From a virus (Duplodnaviria > Caudoviricetes): a DNA stretch of 64,000 bases. The stretch lies in IMG/VR virus record IMGVR_UViG_3300037477_000009, positions 1 through 64,000 of that record, one strand, 5' to 3'. Positions 53,942-61,958 of the stretch are shown one piece after another; position 1 is the first letter of the stretch; every line of letters begins with the position of its first letter. The translations under genes and the position numbers were made by a program. The notes under the pieces are model-generated. The model had not been told where the DNA came from and did not search any database. It saw nothing but the letters and a program-made list of their open reading frames with translations.

Positions 53942-54160
53942 TTTACCAATGAGAATTGATTGTTATAGCAAGATATAATTTATATCCATTCATTGATCAA
54001 AACGTGAGGTCGATAGTTTTTTCCATAGAATTATGTGGATAACTTTTTGGATCTTTTTTTTGCTACGTTAAAGAATTGGATATCAAATATATCTGAGGCA
54101 TACAGTCCACAGTAAAAACTTACACTGGCGGTTGATGCTATGTGGTATACAGTCCACAGC

Positions 54161-54168
54161 TATCTTTG
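54161..54168 (+). promoter_or_regulatory. Bacteroidota sigma-A -7 box for the rightward operon
   Basis: TATCTTTG; no clear -33 box, but 13-bp direct repeats lie upstream. Confidence 0.55.
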
Positions 54169-54532
54169 TGGGAGTTCTTTGATAGGCCAGTTGGAAGCCA
54201 GATACCACGACAAAACGGTCAAACTCGCTCTGAGACTACGTTTCAGACGATCCTCACTCCGAAAATTGTCAGGTAGATCACACTTGATCACTGGTTGTAC
54301 AACGGAAACAGCGCAAGACAGACTTGAAGAATACTCTAACGGAGATTCGCACAGACAGCAGCCACCACGTTTCATTTCTCATAGGAGAAAGTAAGCAAAC
54401 GGATTCTGCAAAGACTAAATGTTCACGATGTAATATCGTTCACTGTGTACGAAAATTTTTCACTGACACTGCGCCCTTCATTCACCAGCTTTCGATTTAT
54501 CACTGCTGTGTGTGGTCTTGAGGCCAGATGAT

Positions 54533-54586
54533 TGTATCGTACAATGGTAATCGCCATTGCTGATGAGACTATACAAGTCGAAACGG
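54533..54586 (+). ncRNA. Type III hammerhead ribozyme
   Basis: GUA site at 54539-54541; stem I CAAUGG/CCAUUG; CUGAUGA at 54560-54566; stem II GACU/AGUC; GAAAC at 54580-54584; stem III CGU/ACG. Confidence 0.85.
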
Positions 54587-54608
54587 AAAAAAAATAAACT
54601 ATACAGAT

Positions 54609-55601
54609 ATGTCAATGGAATTAATCAACATCGCAATTGCAAATGATGCAGATTTTTGGGTGAGTATGTCAGGTGGAAAAGATAGTGAAGCAACAGCACT
54701 CACACTGAGAGCAAATAACATCAGGATCGCTGGTGGAGTTCATGCTGATCTCGGTAGACTGGAGCATAAAGAATCAGGTGATCAATGTCAGCAGTTAGCT
54801 GCTGAGTTAGGCATTCCACTGGTAGTAGTGAGAAGAACAGATGGTGCAGATATGTTAACTCACTGGAGAAACAGAATGCTGAAGTTGAAATCACAGGGTA
54901 AGATCAACGTAGGTGGTAAGACTACCCCATTCTGGAGTTCATCTGGCGCACGTTATTGCACCAGTGATATGAAGCGTGAGCCGATCAACAAACACTTCCG
55001 TAGTGTAAAAAATAATCTCATCGTTTCGTGTGAGGGTATCAGAGCGGATGAAGGGGATGCGAGAAAATTCAAATCACCAATAGCAGTTAGATGGGCAATC
55101 ACATCTGAGTATTACATGAAGTTCGCTGGAGTTGCAGTAAGAGTGAAGCAGATAAAAAAATTGAATGATTCAGCAAAAGCAATGAAGTCATCCAATCCAC
55201 TCAAAGCAAAAAAATATAGCCAGATCGCAGTGTTGGAAAGAGAAGTGCTGGAGATTGTTCTACCAGTATACAATCCAAAAAAGCGTTTGGCTATTACATG
55301 GTTTCCAATTTTCAATTTCACTACTGATGAAGTGTGGGCAACAAGAGGACACACCAGTGCAGATTTGCAAGCAGCAAGAATTGAATTCAAGCAGACTGGT
55401 AAAGCAAATGACTGGAGATTTCATCCAGCATATGCGAAGGGAAACAACAGGGTATCATGTGTGTTCTGTGTGATGGGTTGCAGTAATGATCTCGCAGTAG
55501 GCGCAAAACATTATCCTGAGTTACTCAAGGAAATGATTGCACTGGAGAAAGAAGGTAACGCAACATTCAAGGATGGTGAATCACTGGAGAGATATTTATA
55601 A
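54609..55601 (+). CDS. PAPS-reductase-family (PP-loop) protein
   Basis: SMSGGKDS, CTSDMKREPI, EGIRADE, RVSCVFC. Confidence 0.85.
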   Translation: MSMELINIAIANDADFWVSMSGGKDSEATALTLRANNIRIAGGVHADLGRLEHKESGDQCQQLAAELGIPLVVVRRTDGADMLTHWRNRMLKLKSQGKINVGGKTTPFWSSSGARYCTSDMKREPINKHFRSVKNNLIVSCEGIRADEGDARKFKSPIAVRWAITSEYYMKFAGVAVRVKQIKKLNDSAKAMKSSNPLKAKKYSQIAVLEREVLEIVLPVYNPKKRLAITWFPIFNFTTDEVWATRGHTSADLQAARIEFKQTGKANDWRFHPAYAKGNNRVSCVFCVMGCSNDLAVGAKHYPELLKEMIALEKEGNATFKDGESLERYL

Positions 55602-55608
55602 GTTCAAT

Positions 55609-55652
55609 GGGTAGCAGTGTATGCTGTGAGATTCAAATCTAACTACCCACTA
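55609..55652 (+). ncRNA. tRNA-like element E1
   Basis: GGGTAG-[CAGT gtat GCTG]-TG-[AGA ttcaaa TCT]-AA-CTACCC-ACTA. Confidence 0.75.
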
Positions 55653-55680
55653 ATATTTAATCAACAAAAAAAACAGACAA

Positions 55681-56160
55681 ATGAACACAAAAATTGAATG
55701 CCCAAAATGTGGCCGCACAAATTGTACAACAATTGATAACGAGCCATTGAGCCATGACAAAGAGTGGTTAACCAAAAATGGTATGCAGTTCGATAACCAG
55801 TTGTATGTATTCTTCCGGTGCAATGACTGCGACAATAGGTTTCGTGGTACACTGGAGATAATCACACAGAGTGAACACAAGGCACTCACTGGTCTACAGA
55901 GCAAGTTTCCAAATGGCTTTGCTTCATGGATAGAAACGCATCACGAAGTTGTGGCCATTATAACCAACGAACTTAGAAAAAATGAAAGAGAAGGATCGGT
56001 TATCTGGAAGAGACAAATCGAACAAGGCACTGGTGGTATGTTTGAGTTAGCAGAAGAGTGGACAGATGAATTTGAAAAGAAGAACATAGATAGAGAATGG
56101 GATGGTGAATTCTTTGAAGAGGTTGAAGATTTCTGTATCGCAAAAGACAAAGCAAATTAA
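55681..56160 (+). CDS. Hypothetical protein with N-terminal Zn ribbon
   Basis: CPKC...CNDC. Confidence 0.7.
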   Translation: MNTKIECPKCGRTNCTTIDNEPLSHDKEWLTKNGMQFDNQLYVFFRCNDCDNRFRGTLEIITQSEHKALTGLQSKFPNGFASWIETHHEVVAIITNELRKNEREGSVIWKRQIEQGTGGMFELAEEWTDEFEKKNIDREWDGEFFEEVEDFCIAKDKAN

Positions 56161-56167
56161 TCACACT

Positions 56168-56213
56168 GGCTGCATCGCTATAGGCACACCATCGAATGGT
56201 AATGCAGCCACTA
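56168..56213 (+). ncRNA. tRNA-like element E2
   Basis: GGCTGCAT...[ACCA tcgaa TGGT]-A-ATGCAGCC-ACTA. Confidence 0.7.
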
Positions 56214-56243
56214 ACAAATTTCAAAAACAAAAAAGCAAACACA

Positions 56244-56483
56244 ATGAAAAGTTTAATCGCAATCGCAGCAGTAATCATGTTATCATCATTCACCAATGGT
56301 GATCATTGCAAGGGTAAAAAGAAAGATGGCACACCATGTCAATCTACAATCGTAAGCAAAGCCACTGGCTATTGCAATGCACACAATCCAAACGCAAAGA
56401 AGTGTGTGTTCATCAAGAAAGATGGAGAGCGTTGTAAGATGACTGTAAAGGCCACAGAGACACTTTGCAGATTCCACAAGTAA
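56244..56483 (+). CDS. Signal-peptide protein with two C-C-C-H Zn-finger-like repeats
   Basis: MKSLIAIAAVIMLSSFT; CKGKKKDGTPC...C..H and CVFIKKDGERC...C..H. Confidence 0.7.
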   Translation: MKSLIAIAAVIMLSSFTNGDHCKGKKKDGTPCQSTIVSKATGYCNAHNPNAKKCVFIKKDGERCKMTVKATETLCRFHK

Positions 56484-56490
56484 ATGGTAA

Positions 56491-56555
56491 GGGTAGCAGA
56501 ATAGGATCGCCAGTGCGATCTTATTGCTGTGAGATTCGATTCTAACTACCCACTA
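56491..56555 (+). ncRNA. tRNA-like element E3 (long P2)
   Basis: GGGTAG-[CAG AATAGGATCGC cagt GCGATCTTATT g CTG]-TG-[AGA ttcgat TCT]-AA-CTACCC-ACTA. Confidence 0.8.
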
Positions 56556-56585
56556 ACAATTATTCAATCTTAAAATTTAATCGAC

Positions 56586-57323
56586 ATGACAACAGATCAG
56601 TTATTGCAAGCAGCATTTTATGCACTCAATGAAATTCCAAACAAAGAGATCAGTGGTGAATTCAAAAACAGTTATGCACTGGCAGCAGCACTTGGTAATC
56701 ATCTTAGGAAAGAAGATGATGCATCGTATCTCCTGACGTTCACATTGCGTACCACATACAAGGATGGAGTGAAGGACAATGATTACACTGAAATATTCTG
56801 TGATGAATCAGAAGGTCGCACACCAAAGCAACAGGCACATGAAAGGATGGAAATGTTACGCAGCCAGTATGATTCCATGTATAGCAAGACAGAGATGTAC
56901 ACTTGGAACATCGCTAAGATCACAAGCACCAGCGAACATTACAACTTAGGTAATGAGCCAGCACCAGTGCAACCAGCAGATGATCTCGTTACACTGGAGA
57001 GAGGCGCAGAGATAAAGCAAGAGCAACCATCACTTACGTTTGAAGTAAGATCATCACATGGCACACTCACTGCTGCTAAATCAAATGGTGCAGTTGTGAA
57101 TTGTGTGCTGAATGATAACGAAGATGAAGATGGACACTCACTACTTGATATCACCAAGTTCGATGTGAAAGAGTTTCGCACCTATCATAACATCGGCATC
57201 GATGCAATGCCTGATAGTATCGACATACTCGATCTTGGTTACTGGTATGATAACGGAATTGGATTATACGAATCACCGGATGGTGACTGGAGAGAGATGA
57301 TGATCAACATCGCAGATGACTAA
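56586..57323 (+). CDS. Hypothetical protein (245 aa)
   Basis: ORF between E3 and E4. Confidence 0.7.
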   Translation: MTTDQLLQAAFYALNEIPNKEISGEFKNSYALAAALGNHLRKEDDASYLLTFTLRTTYKDGVKDNDYTEIFCDESEGRTPKQQAHERMEMLRSQYDSMYSKTEMYTWNIAKITSTSEHYNLGNEPAPVQPADDLVTLERGAEIKQEQPSLTFEVRSSHGTLTAAKSNGAVVNCVLNDNEDEDGHSLLDITKFDVKEFRTYHNIGIDAMPDSIDILDLGYWYDNGIGLYESPDGDWREMMINIADD

Positions 57324-57332
57324 ATGATCTCA

Positions 57333-57379
57333 GGGTAGCAGAACGAAAGTTGCTGTGGATCGAATCCAACTACCCACTA
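57333..57379 (+). ncRNA. tRNA-like element E4
   Basis: GGGTAG-[CAG AAC gaaa GTT g CTG]-[TGGA tcgaa TCCA]-A-CTACCC-ACTA. Confidence 0.8.
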
Positions 57380-57408
57380 AATATTTAATCAACAAAAACA
57401 AACGACAA

Positions 57409-57948
57409 ATGACAGTTAATCCAAGTCTCACTCCAGAGACTTTAAAAGCAACAGATGAAATGATAGATGCAGCCAATGCGCTGATCTTAGCAACAGCCTA
57501 TGCCAGTGTAGTAACTCCAGTGGTAGAAAAAATCCACCAAGATGTGCTAAACGAAAATCGTTATGCATGGGATATGAAAATTGTATTCTGTGGCCGTAGA
57601 TCGGAGAGTGACAAAGTAAACTTCCTGAAAGAGAATGGTGAGTATTGCAGCAAGCCATCACTTGTCCAACTTACAGGCAGCAAGAACTTCAATGACTACT
57701 TCGTTCAGGTAGCAAAAAAACTTGCACTGGCTGGCTTTGAAGTGAATGATGATGTATGCCCAATGCTGGAAGCAATAGATTTAGAATGGAAGGCGAAGAA
57801 GGTGCTTATCGATACCATGCAACCAACTACTGGTTTCAAGTACGATGACTTCTTCAAGACAACGAAGTGGAAAGAACATATCGAGAGGTATGTTGATCTA
57901 CTCTTGAGGTGGCTTGCACCACATCTCAGGAACACACTGGTAAAATAA
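57409..57948 (+). CDS. Hypothetical protein
   Basis: Start reassigned to the ATG at 57409. Confidence 0.7.
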   Translation: MTVNPSLTPETLKATDEMIDAANALILATAYASVVTPVVEKIHQDVLNENRYAWDMKIVFCGRRSESDKVNFLKENGEYCSKPSLVQLTGSKNFNDYFVQVAKKLALAGFEVNDDVCPMLEAIDLEWKAKKVLIDTMQPTTGFKYDDFFKTTKWKEHIERYVDLLLRWLAPHLRNTLVK

Positions 57949-57975
57949 TTTAATCAATCTTAAAATTTAATCGAC

Positions 57976-58278
57976 ATGAACAAAGTAGCATTTAAAGAAA
58001 CAGACATTTTTTGGCAACCGGAAATCACCGAAGATGGTGATGGGGTAATCGGCCATGAAGATGAAGAGTATTTATTTTCATTTGAAGTATGGAGTACGTT
58101 AAGAAATCTTTTAAAGGATTATCCTAACTGTGAACCAGTGGAACACGAAAGAAGTGAGTTTGATATAGAGTATCCAAATTTTGTAGATGAGGTCGCATTC
58201 AATTCGCCTCCAGACAGATCAACAGAAGATGAGTTGATCATCTTGGAGTTGTTATGGAAGTGCGAGATGGAATCATAA
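57976..58278 (+). CDS. Acidic hypothetical protein
   Basis: Shares the TTAAAATTTAATCGAC-ATG leader with 56586 and 58365. Confidence 0.65.
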   Translation: MNKVAFKETDIFWQPEITEDGDGVIGHEDEEYLFSFEVWSTLRNLLKDYPNCEPVEHERSEFDIEYPNFVDEVAFNSPPDRSTEDELIILELLWKCEMES

Positions 58279-58285
58279 GATCACT

Positions 58286-58334
58286 GGACTGGCTGGTTAA
58301 TTCGCAGTAGCATTTCAATTGCACCAGTCCACTA
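58286..58334 (+). ncRNA. tRNA-like element E5
   Basis: GGACTGG-[CTG gttaattcg CAG]-TA-[GCA tttcaat TGC]-A-CCAGTCC-ACTA. Confidence 0.8.
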
Positions 58335-58364
58335 AACAATTCAATCATTTAAAATTTAATCGAC

Positions 58365-58733
58365 ATGACAACAAAGCAGACAATCGACATCACCCCAAGA
58401 TGGGCAGAGTTATTACCAGCAATGCTTCAATTGCACAGGCAGTACAATAAGAAGCGTAAGCCTACACTGGAAGATGCAAAGTGGTATGAAACATTGCTTG
58501 CAGAATTCAAGACGATGGCATTCGCTGCTGACAAGTGGAATGCACATGAGAAACTCAACACTGGTGAGGTAAAGACAGATCATTACAACACACTGGTGAA
58601 GATCACTGGTGGTAGTTATGATAGCATCGGCAGATACTTCTATGCGCACATCGACCAATTGAATCGTGCATGGATCAACATACCAGCAGGAGTGTATGAT
58701 GCAAACAAATTTGAGATCGTAGCAGGTCAATAA
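58365..58733 (+). CDS. Hypothetical protein
   Basis: ORF between E5 and E6. Confidence 0.7.
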   Translation: MTTKQTIDITPRWAELLPAMLQLHRQYNKKRKPTLEDAKWYETLLAEFKTMAFAADKWNAHEKLNTGEVKTDHYNTLVKITGGSYDSIGRYFYAHIDQLNRAWINIPAGVYDANKFEIVAGQ

Positions 58734-58742
58734 GATCACACT

Positions 58743-58791
58743 GGACTGTTCAGGTTAACTCGCTGTGGCACTCGATGCAAGCAGTCCACGA
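58743..58791 (+). ncRNA. tRNA-like element E6
   Basis: GGACTGTT-[CAG gttaactcg CTG]-TG-[GCA ctcga TGC]-A-AGCAGTCC-ACGA. Confidence 0.8.
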
Positions 58792-58820
58792 AATATTTAA
58801 TCACAAAAATTAAATGACAA

Positions 58821-59549
58821 ATGCCGACACAAAAAGAAATGGAAACTTATCCAGACACTTGCGATAAGTTAATCGTATCGCTTTACGATTCATCAGAAGC
58901 ATGGCCACAGCCATATGCTGATGCAGGGTATCCTGTAATGTTTTGGGATATGAATCACGAAGGTGATATCATTCACCACTGGTCAACATTCATGGACAAC
59001 ATTGAAGAAGCAATCGAAGAAGGTTATTATCCGTATGGCCTACTGGCAGCACCACCATGCGATCATTTCGCTTCCAGTGGTGCAAGGTGGTGGAAAGAGA
59101 AAGATGCCAGTACAGAGCGTGTAGGCCACAAGGACATTGCCGAAAACAATGTTGACTTGGGAGTGCTGCTTGCTGAGATACCGATGCTGATATTGGATCA
59201 GGTAGAACAACACTTCGGTTATGAATTCAAGTGGTGGGCATTAGAGAATCCTGTTGGCCGTATTGAGAAAATGTGTCCAGACTTAAAGCCATACAGAAAG
59301 ATGATGTTCGATCCATGTGACTATGGCGATCCATATACCAAGAAAACTATTCTATGGGGAACATTCAATCCCGATCTTCCCAAGACACCAGTAGAGCCAG
59401 AGTACGTTACCTATGTGAAGAAGGATGGATCGCTCACAAGGTTTGCACCACAGTTTGGTCGCACTGGTGGTAAGTCTGCAAAGACAAAAGCGATCAGGAG
59501 TAAAACACCAAGCGGATTTGCCAAAGCGTTTTTCCAAGCAAATCAATAG
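58821..59549 (+). CDS. C5-cytosine DNA methyltransferase-like protein (short form)
   Basis: AAPPCDHF (motif IV), ALENPVG (motif VI), YTKKT (motif VIII-like); motif I degenerate (SLYDSS). Confidence 0.75.
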   Translation: MPTQKEMETYPDTCDKLIVSLYDSSEAWPQPYADAGYPVMFWDMNHEGDIIHHWSTFMDNIEEAIEEGYYPYGLLAAPPCDHFASSGARWWKEKDASTERVGHKDIAENNVDLGVLLAEIPMLILDQVEQHFGYEFKWWALENPVGRIEKMCPDLKPYRKMMFDPCDYGDPYTKKTILWGTFNPDLPKTPVEPEYVTYVKKDGSLTRFAPQFGRTGGKSAKTKAIRSKTPSGFAKAFFQANQ

Positions 59550-59566
59550 GCCAGGTAGATGATGAT

Positions 59567-59609
59567 GGACTGCGATCAGGTCGTGGAGTTCAAACTCGAC
59601 AGTCCACTA
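59567..59609 (+). ncRNA. tRNA-like element E7
   Basis: GGACTG-[CGAT cag GTCG]-TG-[GAG ttcaaa CTC]-GA-CAGTCC-ACTA. Confidence 0.8.
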
Positions 59610-59636
59610 AATATTTAATCAACAAACGACAAGACA

Positions 59637-60506
59637 ATGGACTTAACTATTTTTTCATTTGGCGCAGGGCAAGAATCAACTTACCTGTTGCATAAGCTGG
59701 TCAGCGATCCAGCGTTCAGAGCCAAGCACATCAAAGGCCACTTGCTGGTTGTAGGATCAGACACTGGCGATGAGCATCCGCATACTTATCAGAATGTGGA
59801 GAAGCTAAAGTTGTTCTGCAAGTACAACGATGTTGAATTCTATTGGGTAACTCCTGACATGGGATATCACACGAACACATGGCAGAGTCTCACTGGTCAG
59901 TACAAACGCAACAGTTCAATTGGCTCTGCTGCATTCAAACAGACTTGCACTGATAACCTGAAGGTGAAAGTGGTTGACAACTTTGTTGAAGGCTGGTTGA
60001 AGAAACAACTTGGCAAGCCTGATGCAAAGCGTAAGACGATCTTCAAAGGGATCACTGACATCAGGCTCATACTTGGATTTGCGAAAGGTGAGGAATCAAG
60101 GACAACCAGTGGCAACAAATTTGATGCAGTGTGGAAGAAGAAGTCAATGGTGCGTTACTTCCCACTCATTGAAGATGGGATCACTCGTCAGGATTGTATT
60201 GACTACAATACGATCAACATCCCATACACTGTGTGGCCATCCAATTGTATGCGCTGTTTCTATCAGGCAGATCAGGAAGTGTTGTGGTTGCACAGAAACT
60301 TTCCTGAGAAGTTCCTTGAGTGGTACACGATGGAGCAAGCGAAGCTGACCAAGTACGCTGGTGCTGATAAGAACTATGGAGTGTATGGCAAGGTCTTACT
60401 GATGCAGAAGCTGGAGAAGGCCACTGATCTGTATGGTCACTGGAGTGATGAGCAACTTGATGAATACAAGTTCTCACATGGCCACTGTATAAAGTCAAAA
60501 TATTGA
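59637..60506 (+). CDS. Second PAPS-reductase-like (adenine-nucleotide alpha hydrolase) protein
   Basis: SFGAGQES variant PP-loop, SDTGDEHPHTY, CTDNLK, PSNCMRCFY. Confidence 0.75.
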   Translation: MDLTIFSFGAGQESTYLLHKLVSDPAFRAKHIKGHLLVVGSDTGDEHPHTYQNVEKLKLFCKYNDVEFYWVTPDMGYHTNTWQSLTGQYKRNSSIGSAAFKQTCTDNLKVKVVDNFVEGWLKKQLGKPDAKRKTIFKGITDIRLILGFAKGEESRTTSGNKFDAVWKKKSMVRYFPLIEDGITRQDCIDYNTINIPYTVWPSNCMRCFYQADQEVLWLHRNFPEKFLEWYTMEQAKLTKYAGADKNYGVYGKVLLMQKLEKATDLYGHWSDEQLDEYKFSHGHCIKSKY

Positions 60507-60529
60507 TCACTATAAAAACTAAAAGACAA

Positions 60530-60814
60530 ATGACAAAGCGAATTCCCATCCCAAGAGTTGATCTTAAAAGAAAGCTGGTCTGCGTATACTCTACGCAGCT
60601 TTCCATGTTTGAGGTTTGCCAGATGACAAACAAAGGCACAGTCTCAAAGATGTTCAAGCCACAGGTTGCATTCACTGATGACGTACACAAAGCCTTCAAG
60701 CGATTCACTGTGCCATTCGCACGTTTCAGAATCGTGGCTGGAGTGAAGCGTGATCAGTGTAAGACATGGAATGAATGGATCGAAAGAGTATGGCAAAAAG
60801 CAAATCAGAAATAG
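60530..60814 (+). CDS. Hypothetical protein
   Basis: Start reassigned to MTKRIP. Confidence 0.6.
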   Translation: MTKRIPIPRVDLKRKLVCVYSTQLSMFEVCQMTNKGTVSKMFKPQVAFTDDVHKAFKRFTVPFARFRIVAGVKRDQCKTWNEWIERVWQKANQK

Positions 60815-60840
60815 TATTTTTAAATTTTAAAACTATACAA

Positions 60841-61113
60841 ATGGCAGCGAAACATTATCAGCTTCTTTCACTTCCACAGATCACTTCAGCTAATATCGAT
60901 AAGAGGGTTGCAGACAAGCAAGAAGAAATCAGGTTGAAGTTACCGGACATCTTCACCCATTTACCATACGCTGAAGAAGTAGGCAAGGATTTGCTTTACT
61001 TAGTGGCATTAGAAAATGCAAGGACACTAATGAACACAATTGATTACAGAAATTATGAGAAGGCAGGTAAGCCAGTGGATTACGAAACCTGGCTACAACA
61101 GAATGCTGAATGA
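60841..61113 (+). CDS. Hypothetical protein
   Basis: AAACTATAC-AA-ATG start at 60841. Confidence 0.65.
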   Translation: MAAKHYQLLSLPQITSANIDKRVADKQEEIRLKLPDIFTHLPYAEEVGKDLLYLVALENARTLMNTIDYRNYEKAGKPVDYETWLQQNAE

Positions 61114-61122
61114 TCACAGGAG

Positions 61123-61169
61123 TGGCTGCGAATTAACTTGTCGTGGGTTTCGATACCGACAGCCGTCTA
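61123..61169 (+). ncRNA. tRNA-like element E8
   Basis: TGGCTG-[CGA attaacttg TCG]-TG-[GGT ttcgat ACC]-GA-CAGCCG-TCTA. Confidence 0.75.
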
Positions 61170-61200
61170 AATATTTAATCACAAAAAAACAAATGACAAA

Positions 61201-61425
61201 ATGGAAAAAGAAAAGAAAGTCTCAGTAGGGCAACAGTTGGTTATTAACCACACTGACAAAGCGATCCTTGCGTATGAAGCATGGAGAAGAGCCACACAGA
61301 TAGAGTGGTCGCATAAGTACCAGTGCTATAAAAGATTTTTCGGTAAAGCGTTTACCAAAAATCCAAAGACACCACAACAATTGTATAACATCTACAAAAA
61401 AGAAAGCAATGGCAAAATCAGTTAA
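61201..61425 (+). CDS. Hypothetical protein
   Basis: ORF after E8. Confidence 0.6.
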   Translation: MEKEKKVSVGQQLVINHTDKAILAYEAWRRATQIEWSHKYQCYKRFFGKAFTKNPKTPQQLYNIYKKESNGKIS

Positions 61426-61708
61426 AGGTCTTGAGGACTATGGAATAAAAAATCTTGAAGATTTTCTTGACAGGCTGGAGTTATTTATGTTTCATGGCGG
61501 CACTGATATCTTAAACGCTATGAGTAAAACGCACCTAACAGAATATATGTGCAGGAAGTATTTGAATGAAGCTGTTGAAAAAGGATTCTATAAAAAGTCA
61601 TGGCTGCGTGGTGATGCAAATAAAAAGAACACTCCAATGTCAATGCGGTATCTACACAAATATTATTACACTAAAATTAAAGACCATGCAACCGATCAGG
61701 GAACTTAA
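61409..61708 (+). CDS. Hypothetical protein (possible wHTH)
   Basis: Coupled ORF. Confidence 0.55.
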   Translation: MAKSVKGLEDYGIKNLEDFLDRLELFMFHGGTDILNAMSKTHLTEYMCRKYLNEAVEKGFYKKSWLRGDANKKNTPMSMRYLHKYYYTKIKDHATDQGT

Positions 61709-61952
61709 TGAAAGAGAAAACATCGTTCTTGAATACTGTCAGGAACACGCACAGGATATCATCTGGATATACAAGGTTGTTGAGTATGCAACCGAGCAAG
61801 GGATCGCATTAAAAGAAAGCAAGGCTGGTGCGATCCTGTTGCAGTTCTCCAGATGTGGATGGCTTAACAGGTTACCACGATCATCCAGAGGATGGGGATT
61901 AGGATGGGATGTGCAAGCGTACACTGTCAAGCCTATTGTAATTCCGAAATGA
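61686..61952 (+). CDS. Hypothetical protein (possible wHTH)
   Basis: Start reassigned to MQPIRE. Confidence 0.55.
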   Translation: MQPIRELNERENIVLEYCQEHAQDIIWIYKVVEYATEQGIALKESKAGAILLQFSRCGWLNRLPRSSRGWGLGWDVQAYTVKPIVIPK

Positions 61953-61958
61953 TTCACA

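Noticed and set aside
55599-56246. Stop-codon readthrough stimulators fusing adjacent ORFs
   Set aside because: Stop-to-next-ATG distances checked (82 and 86 nt) are not multiples of three, so readthrough would not give in-frame fusions.
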